A DNA stretch of 64,000 nucleotides from Nemertoderma westbladi (GCA_032718475.1 JAUCBJ010000735.1:1-64000), one strand, 5' to 3'. Numbered from the stretch's first letter, positions 12,390 through 24,220 are shown. Notes: generated from the sequence alone by a model not told the origin. Numbers and translations are program-made.

Positions 12390-13190
12390 AAATTTTCAAA
12401 CTGGCGGTTCTTATTGATAAAAACATATAGTTTTCAAACCGGCGGTTTTTATGAAATGTAAAAATGGCGGTTTTATTTTCAAACTGTTGGTTCTTGTTAA
12501 TAAACACGTATGTAGTTTTCAAACCGGCGGTTTTTATGAAATGTAAAAATGGTGGTCTTATATTCAAACTGTCGGTTCTTGTTAATAATAAACACGTATG
12601 TAGTTTTCAAACCGGCGGTTTTTATGAGATGTAAAAATGGTGGTTTTATTTTCAAACTGTTGGTTCTTGTTAATAAACACGTATGTAGTTTTCAAACCGG
12701 CGGTTTTTATGAAATGTAAAAATGGTGGTCTTATATTCAAACTGTCGGTTCTTGTTAATAATAAACACGTATGTAGTTTTCAAACCGGCGGTTTTTATGA
12801 AATGTAAAAATGGTGGTCTTATATTCAAACTGTCGGTTCTTGTTAATAAACACGTATGTAGTTTTCAAACCGGCGGTTTTTATGAAATGTAAAAATGGTG
12901 GTCTTATATTCAAACTGTCGGTTCTTGTTAATAATAAACACGTATGTAGTTTTCAAACCGGCGGTTTTTATGAAATGTAAAAATGGTGGTCTTATATTCA
13001 AACTGTCGGTTCTTGTTAATAATAAACACGTATGTAGTTTTCAAACCGGCGGTTTTTATGAAATGTAAAAATGGTGGTCTTATATTCAAACTGTCGGTTC
13101 TTGTTAATAAACACGTATGTAGTTTTCAAACCGGCGGTTTTTATGAAATGTAAAAATGGTGGTTGTATTTTCACAATTGCCGGTTCTTAC
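12390..13190. repeat. ~58-61-bp tandem repeat inside the CACTA-like element
   Basis: About 13 copies of a unit like tagttttcaaaccggcggtttttatgaaatgtaaaaatggtggtcttatattcaaactgtcggttcttgttaataaacacgtatg (longer composite units also present). Confidence 0.85.
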
Positions 13191-13212
13191 TATACATACA
13201 AAGAACCCTTAA

Positions 13213-13517
13213 GGCCCGTTCACATCCAACGGAACGGTACACCGCGCGGTGTACCGCAGGGCCAGCGGTACACCGCTGACTGTGAACGACCCAACAGGTA
13301 GTTGTGCGCTAAACCGCGCGGTTTACTGCGGCCCATTTAAACAATGTTAAAACAATTAATGTAATTTCCTGTTGAATCCAAAGTCGACAGATAAACAATC
13401 AGTTACCGCAGCGGTACCGTTGGGTGTGAACGGGCTCCGGGTAGTGTACCGCAGGCTTACCGCTTCAATACCGACAGACTACGTTACCGCTCACGCACCG
13501 TTGGATGTGAACGGGGA
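13213..13517. mobile_element. PIF/Harbinger-like MITE
   Basis: TIRs ggcccgttcacatccaacgg / ccgttggatgtgaacgggga, flanked by ttaa on both sides, with internal palindromic repeats. Confidence 0.75.
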
Positions 13518-13578
13518 TTAAGTTTTGTAATTCAACTGGTAATGCCGTTATTTCTGTATTACAGAGGCGTGATATAAC

Positions 13579-13780
13579 TAATTTACAATAATGACTGCCA
13601 GTTTATCACAGAACCACAGATTTACAATAATGACTGCCAGTTTATCACAGAACCACAGATTTACAATAATGACTGCCAGTTTATCACAGAACCACAGATA
13701 TAGAACCGCAGATTTGCAATAATAACTGCCAGTTTATCACAGAACCACACACAGATTTACAAACTAATAACTGCCAGTTT
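13579..13780. repeat. 39-bp tandem repeat
   Basis: atttacaataatgactgccagtttatcacagaaccacag, about 4-5 copies. Confidence 0.85.
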
Positions 13781-14048
13781 GTATATGTAAATATAAAAAG
13801 TAAATACCGGTATATATAATCAAAACATAATTTTAAATTATTAATTAAACTTGGTTAAAATTAATTAATTTATATAAATTAATTGAAATGAATTATCTAA
13901 TATGGCTGAAAAGAAGACAAATGATATTAAAATTAATAATCAAAACACTATTTGTTGATCATCAACTAAAATTAATTAGGATATCCATAAATCTAAATGA
14001 ATTAAATATTTTCATATATACTTAGCCGTGTGTATCCAATATGTATGT

Positions 14049-14140
14049 GGGGCGAGCCACGAAGTTGGCGGAGCCTTAGCGAATTGACACTGTTAGGGGG
14101 TGGGTCAATTTATGCAAATAGTTGTCGTCGTCGTCGTTCG

Positions 14141-14172
<32 letters not shown>

Positions 14173-15313
14173 GTCGTCGTCGTCGTTACGATTTTGACAT
14201 GCTAATAACTTTGTCGGATTTAAAGCTGCCAAGTTGAAAATTTGTAGGTATCAATATGAGCAAAAGTTGAGATTTTTGAGAGACTTTCAGACACCATCAG
14301 TGCAATGGTCTCCCGCTAGAGGGCCACATGTCTAAACATTAAATGCCCTCCCATTTCTTTGCTTTTAATCCGTTTAAGCTGAAACTTGGCAGATATGTAT
14401 TAGACCATTAGCTGTGACTTTCAAAGGAGGCGAATCCATCTGCAGTTCTCCAGTCTGCCGCTAGAGGGCGAAATGTCCCGAATGTGAAATTATTCTTCCA
14501 TTTAGTTGTTTATGATCTGATTACGCTGAAACTTGTCATATATGTACTAGATGACATCCTGAGTCTTTGTGTGGATTGTAATCGGTCCGAAGTTTTCCAG
14601 TCTGCCGGTAGAGGGCCACATGTCTAAACATTAAATGGCCACCCATTTCTTTGCTTTTAATCCGTTTAAGCTGAAACTTGGGAAGTATGTACTAGACCAT
14701 TAGCTGTAAATTTCAAAGGAGGCTAATCTGTCTGCAGTTCTCCAGTCTGCCGCTAGAGGGCGAAATGTCCCGAATGTGAAATTATTCTTCCATTTAGTTG
14801 TTTATGATCTGATTACGCTGAAACTTGTCATATATGTACTAGAAGACATCCTAAGTCTTTGTGTGGACAGTAATCGGTCCGGAGTTTTCGAGTCTGCCGC
14901 TAGAGGGCGAAATGTAGGAAAGTGATAACCTTCGCGAATTCCTTGATCTTAATCTATTTAAGCTGAATTTTGGAATATACAGTACCGGTGTGTACTAGAC
15001 CACATGCCTCGTCTTTGTGAGGAAGGTGATCGATCCGTAGTTCTTTAATATGCCGCTAGAGGGCTAAATGTATGAAAGTGAAAACCTTCCAACATTTCGT
15101 TATTTATGATCCGTCAATCGGAAACTTGGTAGATATGTAATAGACCATAGGCTGTGGCTTTGTAGGGAAACTAATCCTTCCTTCTTCAGTTACCCAGTCT
15201 CCCGCTAGAGGGTTAACGTTTTCCGGGAAAATCTTCTCCTATGTTTTTATAATCCTTTCGAGTTGATACTTAGCATTAACTCATTTCACGTGCTGCGCGA
15301 AGGCCCCACTTCG
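14049..15313 (+). mobile_element. Helentron-associated (HINE/DINE-like) non-autonomous element, copy 1
   Basis: 5' ggggcgagccacgaagt, then (gtc)n microsatellite and ~150-bp internal tandem units containing ccgctagagggc, ending in gcgcgaaggccccacttcg. TGT on both flanks. Confidence 0.75.
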
Positions 15314-16081
15314 TGTAGAGTATTGTATGCATTGGCCATAGGCCGTAAGCGTAGGGTAGGGTCTAGGGATTAGATAAGGTAGGCTTTCACCCCCCTCCCC
15401 CAATATCTCCATGTTGTAACATTGAGCTTCATGTGTGCCCTGAATGTCCTGTGCTTCTAACCAAACATTATTTTCAAATAACCACAGGTTTATAAGTTTT
15501 TTTTGCTCTTTATAACCACAGGTTAGTACGTTTTAACCGTGGGTTTTTCTTTTATAACCATTGGTTATAAATAAATTAAAGCCTCAGTTTATTAAAATTA
15601 CCGCCAGTTTTCTCAAATAAAACCGCCAGTTGACTGTTAATTAAACGGCGGTTTCGTAAAAACTGGTTTATTTGGTTGCCGTTTTACCTGTGGTTTTTTT
15701 TAAAAAACCGGCAGTTTTAAATAGTTGAAACGCCAGTTACCAGCAGTAAACCATAGGTTAATAAATGCCAATTAAGTATTTGACCGGGAATTTGCGTTAA
15801 ACCAGAACCTGAGGTTACAGAAACCGGCAGTTCCTTGCGATATAAAATACCAGAGGTTTTACAACGCATTTTTAGGTTCTTAACAACTGGGGGTTATGGA
15901 ACCGCCGGTTTTACGAGAGATAATCAACCCCCGGTTTGCACAACTGCCAGTTCTTGGCAATGTTTATTTACCGCCGGTTTGTAAAAACAACCTGCGGTGG
16001 TTTTCGTTGCAAAACAACCCCAGGTAGTTCTTGCAAACCGGCAGTTTTTTAACAAAATACCACCACTTACTTTTTTCAGTG

Positions 16082-17622
16082 TATATGTACTGTTTGGAAT
16101 CTACCTGTCCTGTAGTTGGAATACCACCAATAGATGATTTTGTATGAAGTGTTATTTTGCATTTTTGACAGCGCTGGCATTCACGGCACCAACGTCTAAT
16201 ATCTTTCCGCATTCCTGGCCAAATATATTTGCCTGAAACCATGTTTAATGATGGTTTAGTACTTGTGTGAGCCAATTCATGTAACTGTTTAAATAGTTGA
16301 AATCGCATAGTAGTAGGAACATATGGACGGAGATAATCCTTTGAGGCATCACAGACCAAAATCGAATTTCCAATTTTCACTCGTTTTAGTGGTAGAGTTG
16401 TTTTCTGAAAAAATTGTGACAGTGTGGTGTCATTATGTTGTTCTTTAGCTAGTTTTTCATCAAATTCAACAGATATGTTACTGCAATCGCGAGATAATGT
16501 ATCAGCTACTATATTGGCGGTGCCTGATACATGAGATATGTGGCAATTGAATTCGGAAATATAAGATAGCCACCTAGTTTGTTGCGGAGATGGATTTTTC
16601 ATTGTTAGTGCATTAATTAGTGGTTTGTGGTCAGTTTTAATGTCAAACTCAACAGAAATGAGCCATGAAAAATGTCGTAATGCAAGATAAATTGCAAGTA
16701 GTTCTCTGTCAAAGGTAGACTTCCTAGATTCAAGTTCAGTTAGTTTCGCAGAAAAAAATGCAAGTGGTTGTCTTTCACCATTTTTCAATTGGTTCAACAC
16801 TGCACCAACAGCAACACCAGAGGCATCAGTTGTTAGTTCTAATTTTGCAGCTGAATCAGGAAATGCCAGTGTAACTGAGTTTTTTAACATTTCTTTCAAA
16901 TCAAAGAAGGCTTTCTCAGCTGTATCATTCCATTCTAAAGGTTTAAGTTTGTTTGTGTTATCTACAAAACGAGTCAAATCTGTTAAAGGAGTTGCAACTC
17001 GTGAAAATCCAGGAATAAATCTGTGATAATAACCAGCCATACCAAGAAAACGTTTTAATGTCTTTATTGTGGTTGGTGTTTGAATTTTTTCTATAGCCTT
17101 AACGTTATCTAATAATGGTTTTATTCCTGCACTGGAAATTTGAACACCAGCAAATTTTATTTCTGAACAGAAAAATTTGCATTTGTCTAGGGGCTTCGTA
17201 ATTTTAAACCAAGTTGTGTAAATCTATTTAAAATTATTGACAAATGTTGAAGGTGTCCTTCTTCATTCTTGCTTGCTAAAGTGACATCATCTTGGTATCC
17301 CCAAGTAAACTCTAAACCATTGGTAGCGGAATCCACGAGTCTTTGGAATGTTGAACTAGCATTTCTCATTCCATATAACATCCGACGGAAAATAAACAAG
17401 CCAAATTGAGTTATTATTGCAGTCTTTTGTTGATCTTCGGGGTGAACTGGAATTTGTATGTATGCGGAGGCCAGATCGAGTTTTGAAAATACGGTACATC
17501 CTTGAAAACCACTCGGAAGGTCATTTAGGTTAGGCATTGGGTAACGATCAGGTACTGTTTGATTATTTAAGCCACGATAGTCACCACAAGCACGGAATGG
17601 TGTTGTTTTTGAGTTTGGTTGT
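16082..17622 (-). pseudogene. Gypsy pol: reverse transcriptase, RNase H and integrase zinc finger
   Basis: CGDYRGLN...PDRYPMPN, FSKLDLASAY, GYQDDV, FLGMAGYYHRFIPGFS, TTDASG, DRELLAI, TDHKPL, H-H-C-C integrase finger; frameshifts present. Confidence 0.92.
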
Positions 17623-19255
17623 GGGGCGAGCCACGAAGTTGGCGGAGCCTTAGCGAATTGACACTGTTAGGGGGTAGCCACGAAGTTGGCGGAGCCTTAG
17701 CGAATTGACACTGTTAGGGGGTGGGTCAATTTATGCAAATAGTTGTCGTCGTCGTCGTCGTCGTCGTTACGATTTTGACATGCTAATAACTTTGTCGGAT
17801 TTAAAGCTGCCAAGTTGAAAATTTGTAGGTATCAATATGAGCAAAAGTTGAGATTTTTGAGAGACTTTCAGACACCATCAGTGCAATGGTCTCCCGCTAG
17901 AGGGCCACATGTCTAAACATTAAATGCCCTCCCATTTCTTTGCTTTTAATCCGTTTAAGCTGAAACTTGGCAGATATGTATTAGACCATTAGCTGTGACT
18001 TTCAAAGGAGGCGAATCCATCCGCAGTTCTCCAGTCTGCCGCTAGAGGGCCAAAGGTCTGAAAGTGAAATCGTTGTCGTCGTTACGATTTTGACATGCTA
18101 ATAACTTTGTCGGATTTAAAGCTGCCAAGTTGAAAATTTGTAGGTATCAATATGAGCTAAAGTTGAGATTTTTGAGAGACTTTCAGACACCATCAGTGCA
18201 ATGGTCTCCCGCTAGAGGGCCACATGTCTAAACATTAAATGCCCTCCCATTTCTTTGCTTTTAATCCGTTTAAGCTGAAACTTGGCAGATATGTATTAGA
18301 CCATTAGCTATGACTTTCAAAGGAGGCGAATCCATCTGCAGTTCTCCAGTCTGCCGCTAGAGGGCCAAAGGTCTGAAAGTGAAATCGTTGTCGTCGTTAC
18401 GATTTTGACATGCTAATAACTTTGTCGGATTTAAAGCTGCCAAGTTGAAAATTTGTAGGTATCAATATGAGCTAAAGTTGAGATTTTTGAGAGACTTTCA
18501 GACACCATCAGAGCAATGGTCTCCCGCTAGAGGGCCACATGTCTAAACATTAAATGCCCTCCCATTTCTTTGCTTTTAATCCGTTTAAGCTGAAACTTGG
18601 CAGATATGTATTAGACCATTAGCTGTGACTTTCAAAGGAGGCGAATCCATCTGCAGTTCTCCAGTCTGCCGCTAGAGGGCCAAATGTCTGAAAGTGAAAT
18701 CGTTGTCGTCGTTATGATATTGACATGCTTATAACTTTGTCAAATTTAAAGCTGCCAAGTTGAAAATTTGTTTTGTTGAAAATCAGTTCAACAGTCACCC
18801 GCTATAGGACTACTTTATGCCTGAAAGTGAATAGATTCTCCCGTCTCATTGATATTAATCAGTTTAAGCTGAATCTTGCCATATATTCTGGACCACATGC
18901 TGCGTCTTTGTGGGGGGGGGGGGGGGGGGGGGGGGGAGATTTAATCGGTCTGCCGCTATACTACGAAATTTCTGAAAGTGAGATCCGTCTCTCATTTCGT
19001 TATCCGTTATTCAAGATGAAACTTGGCCGATGTACGTATGTACTATTCATCCATAGGCTGTGTCTTTGTGGGGCTGGAGACCCTAATCCATCTTCAGTTC
19101 TCACTATACCGCTAGAGTCAGAAATGTCTGAATAGAAATGAAAGAGGTAAAAAGTGATTACGCGAAATCTGCTTAAAATTTGCTAATACAGTAATACTTT
19201 CGAATTAGTACTTAAATTAAATTTAAGTCACGTGCTGCGCGAAGGCCCCACTTCG
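17623..19255 (+). mobile_element. Helentron-associated non-autonomous element, copy 2, inserted in the Gypsy RT
   Basis: Same termini and internal ~310-bp tandem blocks as copy 1. Removing it plus one TGT restores RT SPLHIVEQPNSKTTPFRACGDY. Confidence 0.8.
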
Positions 19256-20054
19256 TGTTCTACTATATGCAAAGGGGATGCATAAGGTGATTCACCACGA
19301 TAACATACACCAAGTTGTTCCCAATTTGTAAATATCTCTTTCGCTATTTGTAATTTTTTCCATAAAGTCGGCGAGCTCTACAATAATATGGCGCGCCTTT
19401 TGTTATTATGTGATGTTCTACTTTGTGTTTGAAAGGAGTGGATATGTTGATAGGAGTGAATAAGTCGGGATGGTTATTCAATAATCGCTTGACACTATCG
19501 CGATATTGATTATTTTCAATTGTAATATGACAAATATTAAAATCAATTGAATTAATTGAGTTTGAATTAGTTGCTGGTAAAGTTTGTTTTATGCTATCTG
19601 TAGATTTAGGTAAATTATCTGAAGAAATCAGTCGATTATTCACGAAATCGATGAGTAATTTTTCTTTTTTTAAAAAATCTATACCTAATATTGGTTTTGA
19701 AACATCGGCTACATAAAAGTTCCATGTGAATACTTTGTTACCAATATCAGGCAGGGTAAACATTAAAGATTGTATTCCATTAACTTTAATAGGAGTTTGG
19801 TTTGCTGCCTTTAAATTTATTTGAGGAGTTGGGCGAGTTTCTAATGTTGTATAACTTAGAGGAAGTACACTACAATCACTCCCACTATCAGCTAAAAATT
19901 TGCCAATTGGATTTGCGGTCACAAAGATTGCATTTACTCCATCGCAGAAGTTTCCCTGATGCTGAGGGAATCGGAAATTATCTGGTTGTACCCAAGTGCA
20001 ATTACCTGTACATTTTGTGGAATCCTTTCCAAATTTCCAGTGGTACCAGCACAA
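19256..20054 (-). pseudogene. Gypsy gag Zn finger, aspartic protease and RT N-terminus
   Basis: CWYHWKFG...C..C, FLADSGSDCSVLP, FYVADVSKPILGIDFL, HKVEHHIIT. Confidence 0.9.
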
Positions 20055-20118
20055 TGAGGGAGTTTGGTTGAAAGAACGGGATTGGGAGCGTCCTCGGTAA
20101 TATGATTCAGATCGATTT

Positions 20119-21003
20119 CTATACCTTTCTATACATTTCTATGTCTCGGTCTGTGCTGGGATATCGTGAACGACCTCGTTCGTTTCTAGTTGATAGGGAA
20201 TTAATAGCTTCAGATAGACGGTTGATTTCTTGAGTAATATTTTGGCACCAGGCCTGCATCTCAGGTGGAGGATTAATGTTACTCTCTGTTTTGGGTTTAA
20301 CAGTTACTTCATTTACTAAACTATGACTTGGCATATTTTCAGTCATACGATCTGCTATTTCAGCAAGTTTATCTATGGGAACACCGTCTATAGAAATCAA
20401 TACAAGCCGAATTGGTTCTGGTAGGATTTCTAAAAATCTTAATTTAACAATATTTATGTTATTGGGTGCTAACCTCTGTAGATGTCGTAGTATTACGGAT
20501 GGTTTCCGATCTCCAAGGCTTTGATCCTCTAGAAGTTTTTTCAAACGACGTTCTTCACTGTCGTCATAATATTTTATCAGACTTTCCTTAATTATATTAA
20601 AGCTGTCAGTAACCTGTGCCCCACTGTCAAAAATGACATTAGTAGGAAGCACACGAAGTAAACTATTTTTCTTTATTGGTTCCGGCGTTTTATCGAGAAT
20701 TTGCTCTATCTGGTCAAACCAAACATGGGTGTCTTTTTCATAAAATTGTGGCAACTTGACCGTTTGAGTTTGGTGAGTCGAGAATCCTGCATCAGTACTG
20801 CTACTGGATAAATTTGGGACATTGCGTAAGCTTTGCTGAACTTGATTAAAGGCTAGCTGTACAAACGTTTTATTTTGTTGCTTAAGTTCGTCTAGGATTT
20901 CTCCTTTAGTTTGTGGGGGTTGATATGATACATCTTCACTGTGTAGAATTTCAAGCACAGCTTCCAGTATAGACTTTGGCGCATTGTATATATCTGTAGA
21001 CAT
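20119..21003 (-). CDS. Gypsy Gag
   Basis: VKLPQFYEKDTHVWFDQIE...LGDRKPSVILRHLQRLA is typical of invertebrate Gypsy capsid proteins; lies just inside the 5' LTR and PBS. Confidence 0.85.
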   Translation of the reverse strand: MSTDIYNAPKSILEAVLEILHSEDVSYQPPQTKGEILDELKQQNKTFVQLAFNQVQQSLRNVPNLSSSSTDAGFSTHQTQTVKLPQFYEKDTHVWFDQIEQILDKTPEPIKKNSLLRVLPTNVIFDSGAQVTDSFNIIKESLIKYYDDSEERRLKKLLEDQSLGDRKPSVILRHLQRLAPNNINIVKLRFLEILPEPIRLVLISIDGVPIDKLAEIADRMTENMPSHSLVNEVTVKPKTESNINPPPEMQAWCQNITQEINRLSEAINSLSTRNERGRSRYPSTDRDIEMYRKV

Positions 21004-21216
21004 TTCGGCTATTCTTTTATTGACTTACTGTATACTGACATGACATACCTGGAGTTTAAATAGGCCCAATACGAATTAATCGCACTACCGGGCCAGCGTT
21101 CATCCTGCCGGTAATTTTGTGCTGGTACCAGGTTCGTTCTGAGTTCAGTTCAACATTCTGACATTCCAGCATTTACACCTAGGCCTAGTCGCTAGTCGTT
21201 GGCGTTGATGTTTAAT

Positions 21217-21234
21217 ATCTCGTCCGGGTCACCA
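21217..21234 (-). promoter_or_regulatory. Primer-binding site, tRNA-Trp-like
   Basis: TGGTGACCCGGACGAGAT, 1 nt from the 5' LTR; 16/18 match to the classical tRNA-Trp PBS TGGTGACCCCGACGTGAT (recalled from memory). Confidence 0.75.
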
Positions 21235-21235
21235 T

Positions 21236-21486
21236 TATTAGATCCAATAATAGAAAATACTAATATCAGTTCACAAAATAATAATAATGATTTTATAATT
21301 TGTTATTATATATATATATAAACTTGTCAGTCTACTGACTTACAATCATTGAAAGCATACTACCAAGCTTCAGTAATTAACTTATTCAGTACTGCAGTAG
21401 GTGTTAAGCACAAAATCTTAAAAACTAAAAAAAACATTCTCTTTACCGGTATCAAACTGTCCATACACTAATGTGTATCTCTTACA
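21236..21486 (-). repeat. Gypsy 5' LTR
   Basis: Direct repeat of 10253-10503; followed on + by the TSD accaa. Confidence 0.95.
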
Positions 21487-23871
21487 ACCAACCTGTCGGT
21501 TAATACGGACAATCTCTCCCGGAAATACTGACGGACACAAACCTGTCGGTTAATACGGACAATCTCTCCCGGAAGTACTGACGGACACCAACTGTCGGTT
21601 AATACGGACAATCTCTATCGGAAGTACAGACGTTCACAAACCTTTCAGTTGATACGGACAATCTCTCCCGGAAGTACGGACGGACACCAACCTGTCGCTT
21701 AATACGGACAATCTCCCCCGGAAGTACGGAAGGACACCAACTGTCGGTTAATACGGACAATCTCTCCCGGAAGTACGGACGGACACCAACCTGTCGGTTA
21801 ATACGGACAATCTCTCCCGGAAGTACGGACGGACACAAACCTATCGGTTAATACGGACAATCTCTCCCGGAAGTACTGACGGACACAAACCTGTCGGTTA
21901 ATACGGACAATCTCTCCCGGAAGTACTGACGGACACAAACCTGTCGGTTAATACGGACAATCTCTCTCGGAAGTACAGACGTTCACAAACCTGTCGGTTA
22001 ATACGGACAATCTCCCCCGGAAGTACGGAAGGACACCAACCTGTCGGTTAATACGGACGATCTCCCCCGGAAGTACGGAAGGACACCAACCTGTCGGTTA
22101 ATACGGACAATCTCTATCGGAAGTACGGAAGGACACCAACCTGTCGGTGTCGGTTTATACGGACAATCTCTCCCGGAAGTACGGATGGACACCAACCTGT
22201 CGGTTAATACGGACAATCTCTATCGGAAGTACGGAAGGACACCAACCTGTCGGTGTCGGTTTATACGGACAATCTCTCCCGGAAGTACGGAAGGACACCA
22301 ACCTGTCGGTTAATACGGACGATCTCCCCCGGAAGTACGGAAGGACACCAACCTGTCGGTTAATACGGACAATCTCTATCGGAAGTACGGAAGGACACCA
22401 ACCTGTCGGTGTCGGTTTATACGGACAATCTCTCCCGGAAGTACGGATGGACACCAACCTGTCGGTTAATACGGACAATCTCCCCCGGAAGTACGGAAGG
22501 ACACCAACCTGTCGGTTAATACGGACGATCTCCCCCGGAAGTACGGAAGGACACCAACCTGTCGGTTAATACGGACAATCTCTATCGGAAGTACGGAAGG
22601 ACACCAACCTGTCGGTGTCGGTTTATACGGACAATCTCTCCCGGAAGTACGGATGGACACCAACCTGTCGGTTAATACGGACAATCTCCCCCGGAAGTAC
22701 GGAAGGACACCAACCTGTCGGTTAATACGGACAATCTCTATCGGAAGTACGGAAGGACACCAACCTGTCGGTGTCGGTTTATACGGACAATCTCTCCCGG
22801 AAGTACGGATGGACACCAACCTGTCGGTTAATACGGACAATCTCTCCCGGAAGTACGGAAGGACACCAACCTGTCGGTGTCGGTTTATACGGACAATCTC
22901 TCCCGGAAGTACGGATGGACACCAACCTGTCGGTTAATACGGACAATCTCCCCCGGAAGTACGGAAGGACACCAACCTGTCGGTTAATACGGACAATCTC
23001 TCCCGGAAGTACGGAAGGACACCAACCTGTCGGTTTATACGGACAATCTCTCCCGGAAGTACGGATGGACACCAACCTGTCGGTTAATACGGACAATCTC
23101 TCCCGGAAGTACGGCGGACACAAACCTGTCGGTTAATACGGACAATCTCTATCGGAAGTACAGACGTTCACAAACCTTTCGGTTAATACGGACAATCTCT
23201 CCCGGAAGTACGGATGGACACCAACCTGTCGGTTAATACGGACAATCTCCCCCGGAAGTACGGAAGGACACCAACCTGTCGGTTAATACGGACAATCTCT
23301 CCCGGAAGTACGGATGGACACCAACCTGTCGGTTAATACGGACAATCTCTCCCGGAAGTACGGATGGACACCAACCTGTCGGTTAATACGGACAATCTCC
23401 CCCGGAAGTACGGAAGGACACCAACCTGTCAGTTAATACGGACAATCTCTCCCGGAAGTACGGATGGACACCAACCTGTCGGTTAATACGGACAATCTCT
23501 CCCGGAAGTACGGATGGACACCAACCTGTCGGTTAATACGGACAATCTCCCCCGGAAGTACGGAAGGACACCAACCTGTCGGTTAATACGGACAATCTCT
23601 CCCGGAAGTACGGAACGGACGGACACCAACCTGTCGGTTAATACGGACAATCTCTCCCGGAAGTACGGATGGACACCAACCTGTCGGTTAATACGGACAA
23701 TCTCCCCCGGAAGTACGGAAGGACACCAACCTGTCGGTTAATACGGACAATCTCTCCCGGAAGTACGGAACGGACGGACACCAACCTGTCGGTTAATACG
23801 GACAATCTCCTCTGGAAGTACGGACGGACACCAACCTGTCGGTTAATACGGACAATCTCCCCCGGAAGTAC
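21487..23871. repeat. 50-bp exon-derived minisatellite, proximal half (~47 copies); the last unit overlaps PPAT exon 2
   Basis: Same unit as 7672-10252. The terminal unit is the genuine exon end encoding VLPGEIVRINRQ plus donor gttggt. Confidence 0.97.
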
Positions 23872-24091
23872 GTTCCTGTAGAAAGTCGCCCCTATGGGTG
23901 CGAAACTGCACGACTCGCTGGATACAACGTACGCGTGTATGACGTCACTTCCGGTGGACTCGTCCGGTAGCGAGATACTCCCAATGCATAGCGGCCGGTT
24001 GCCGTAACAATCTCGTACGGCGTACATTTCATCGTGGTGCAGTAACACCAGCGCGTAAGCGAGTGGGGTGGTTTCCAGTAAAGTTCGGATC
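23836..24091 (-). CDS. PPAT: Amidophosphoribosyltransferase, coding exon 2
   Basis: Acceptor atattttag|G. Reads (R)IRTLLETTPLAYALVLL...YAVRDCYGNRPLCIG...VVSSESCSF...VLPGEIVRINRQ|gttggt. 256 nt; phases fit exons 1 and 3. Confidence 0.95.
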
Positions 24092-24156
24092 CTAAAATAT
24101 TATATTAATACATAACAAGATATCAGCAAGTAGCTCCAATTTACACCTATTATTAT

Positions 24157-24220
24157 CTGAGCAGAATGGTAAGAGCACAAGAATCCCAATCTGGAGGTCG
24201 CCTGTTCGATCCCCCCTGGA
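24157..24220 (+). other. tRNA-derived (SINE-head-like) degenerate sequence in intron 1
   Basis: A-box-like gcagaatggtaagagc and B-box gttcgatccc at tRNA spacing; no clean cloverleaf. Confidence 0.45.

Larger units (their letters stand above)
11761..16081. mobile_element. Non-autonomous CACTA/EnSpm-like DNA transposon inserted in the Gypsy integrase
   Basis: 18-bp TIRs cactgaaaaaagtaagtg / cacttacttttttcagtg and TA duplication. Removing it restores integrase RFQTVHI-DIVG. Many subterminal aaaccggcgg/aaactgccag motifs; no transposase seen. Confidence 0.85.
10253..21486 (-). mobile_element. Gypsy/Ty3 LTR retrotransposon, full length, disrupted by nested insertions
   Basis: 251-bp LTRs at 10253-10503 and 21236-21486 (one mismatch seen), 5-bp TSD ACCAA on both sides, PBS at 21217-21234, PPT ggtttgggggtag next to the 3' LTR, and domain order gag-PR-RT-RH-IN. 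Confidence 0.96.

Noticed and set aside
7672-23871. CRISPR-like appearance of the regular 50-bp array
   Set aside because: Units are contiguous with no unique spacers, there are no cas genes, and the unit is a copy of a eukaryotic exon/intron junction.
7782-23881. Many short ORFs (MCPSVLPGEIVRINRQ..., MDTNLSVNTDN...) in the array
   Set aside because: They are by-products of translating the tandem repeat; only the terminal unit is a real exon.
24157-24220. Functional tRNA gene (also 52118-52190)
   Set aside because: A and B boxes are present but the acceptor and anticodon stems do not pair; reported only as tRNA-derived.
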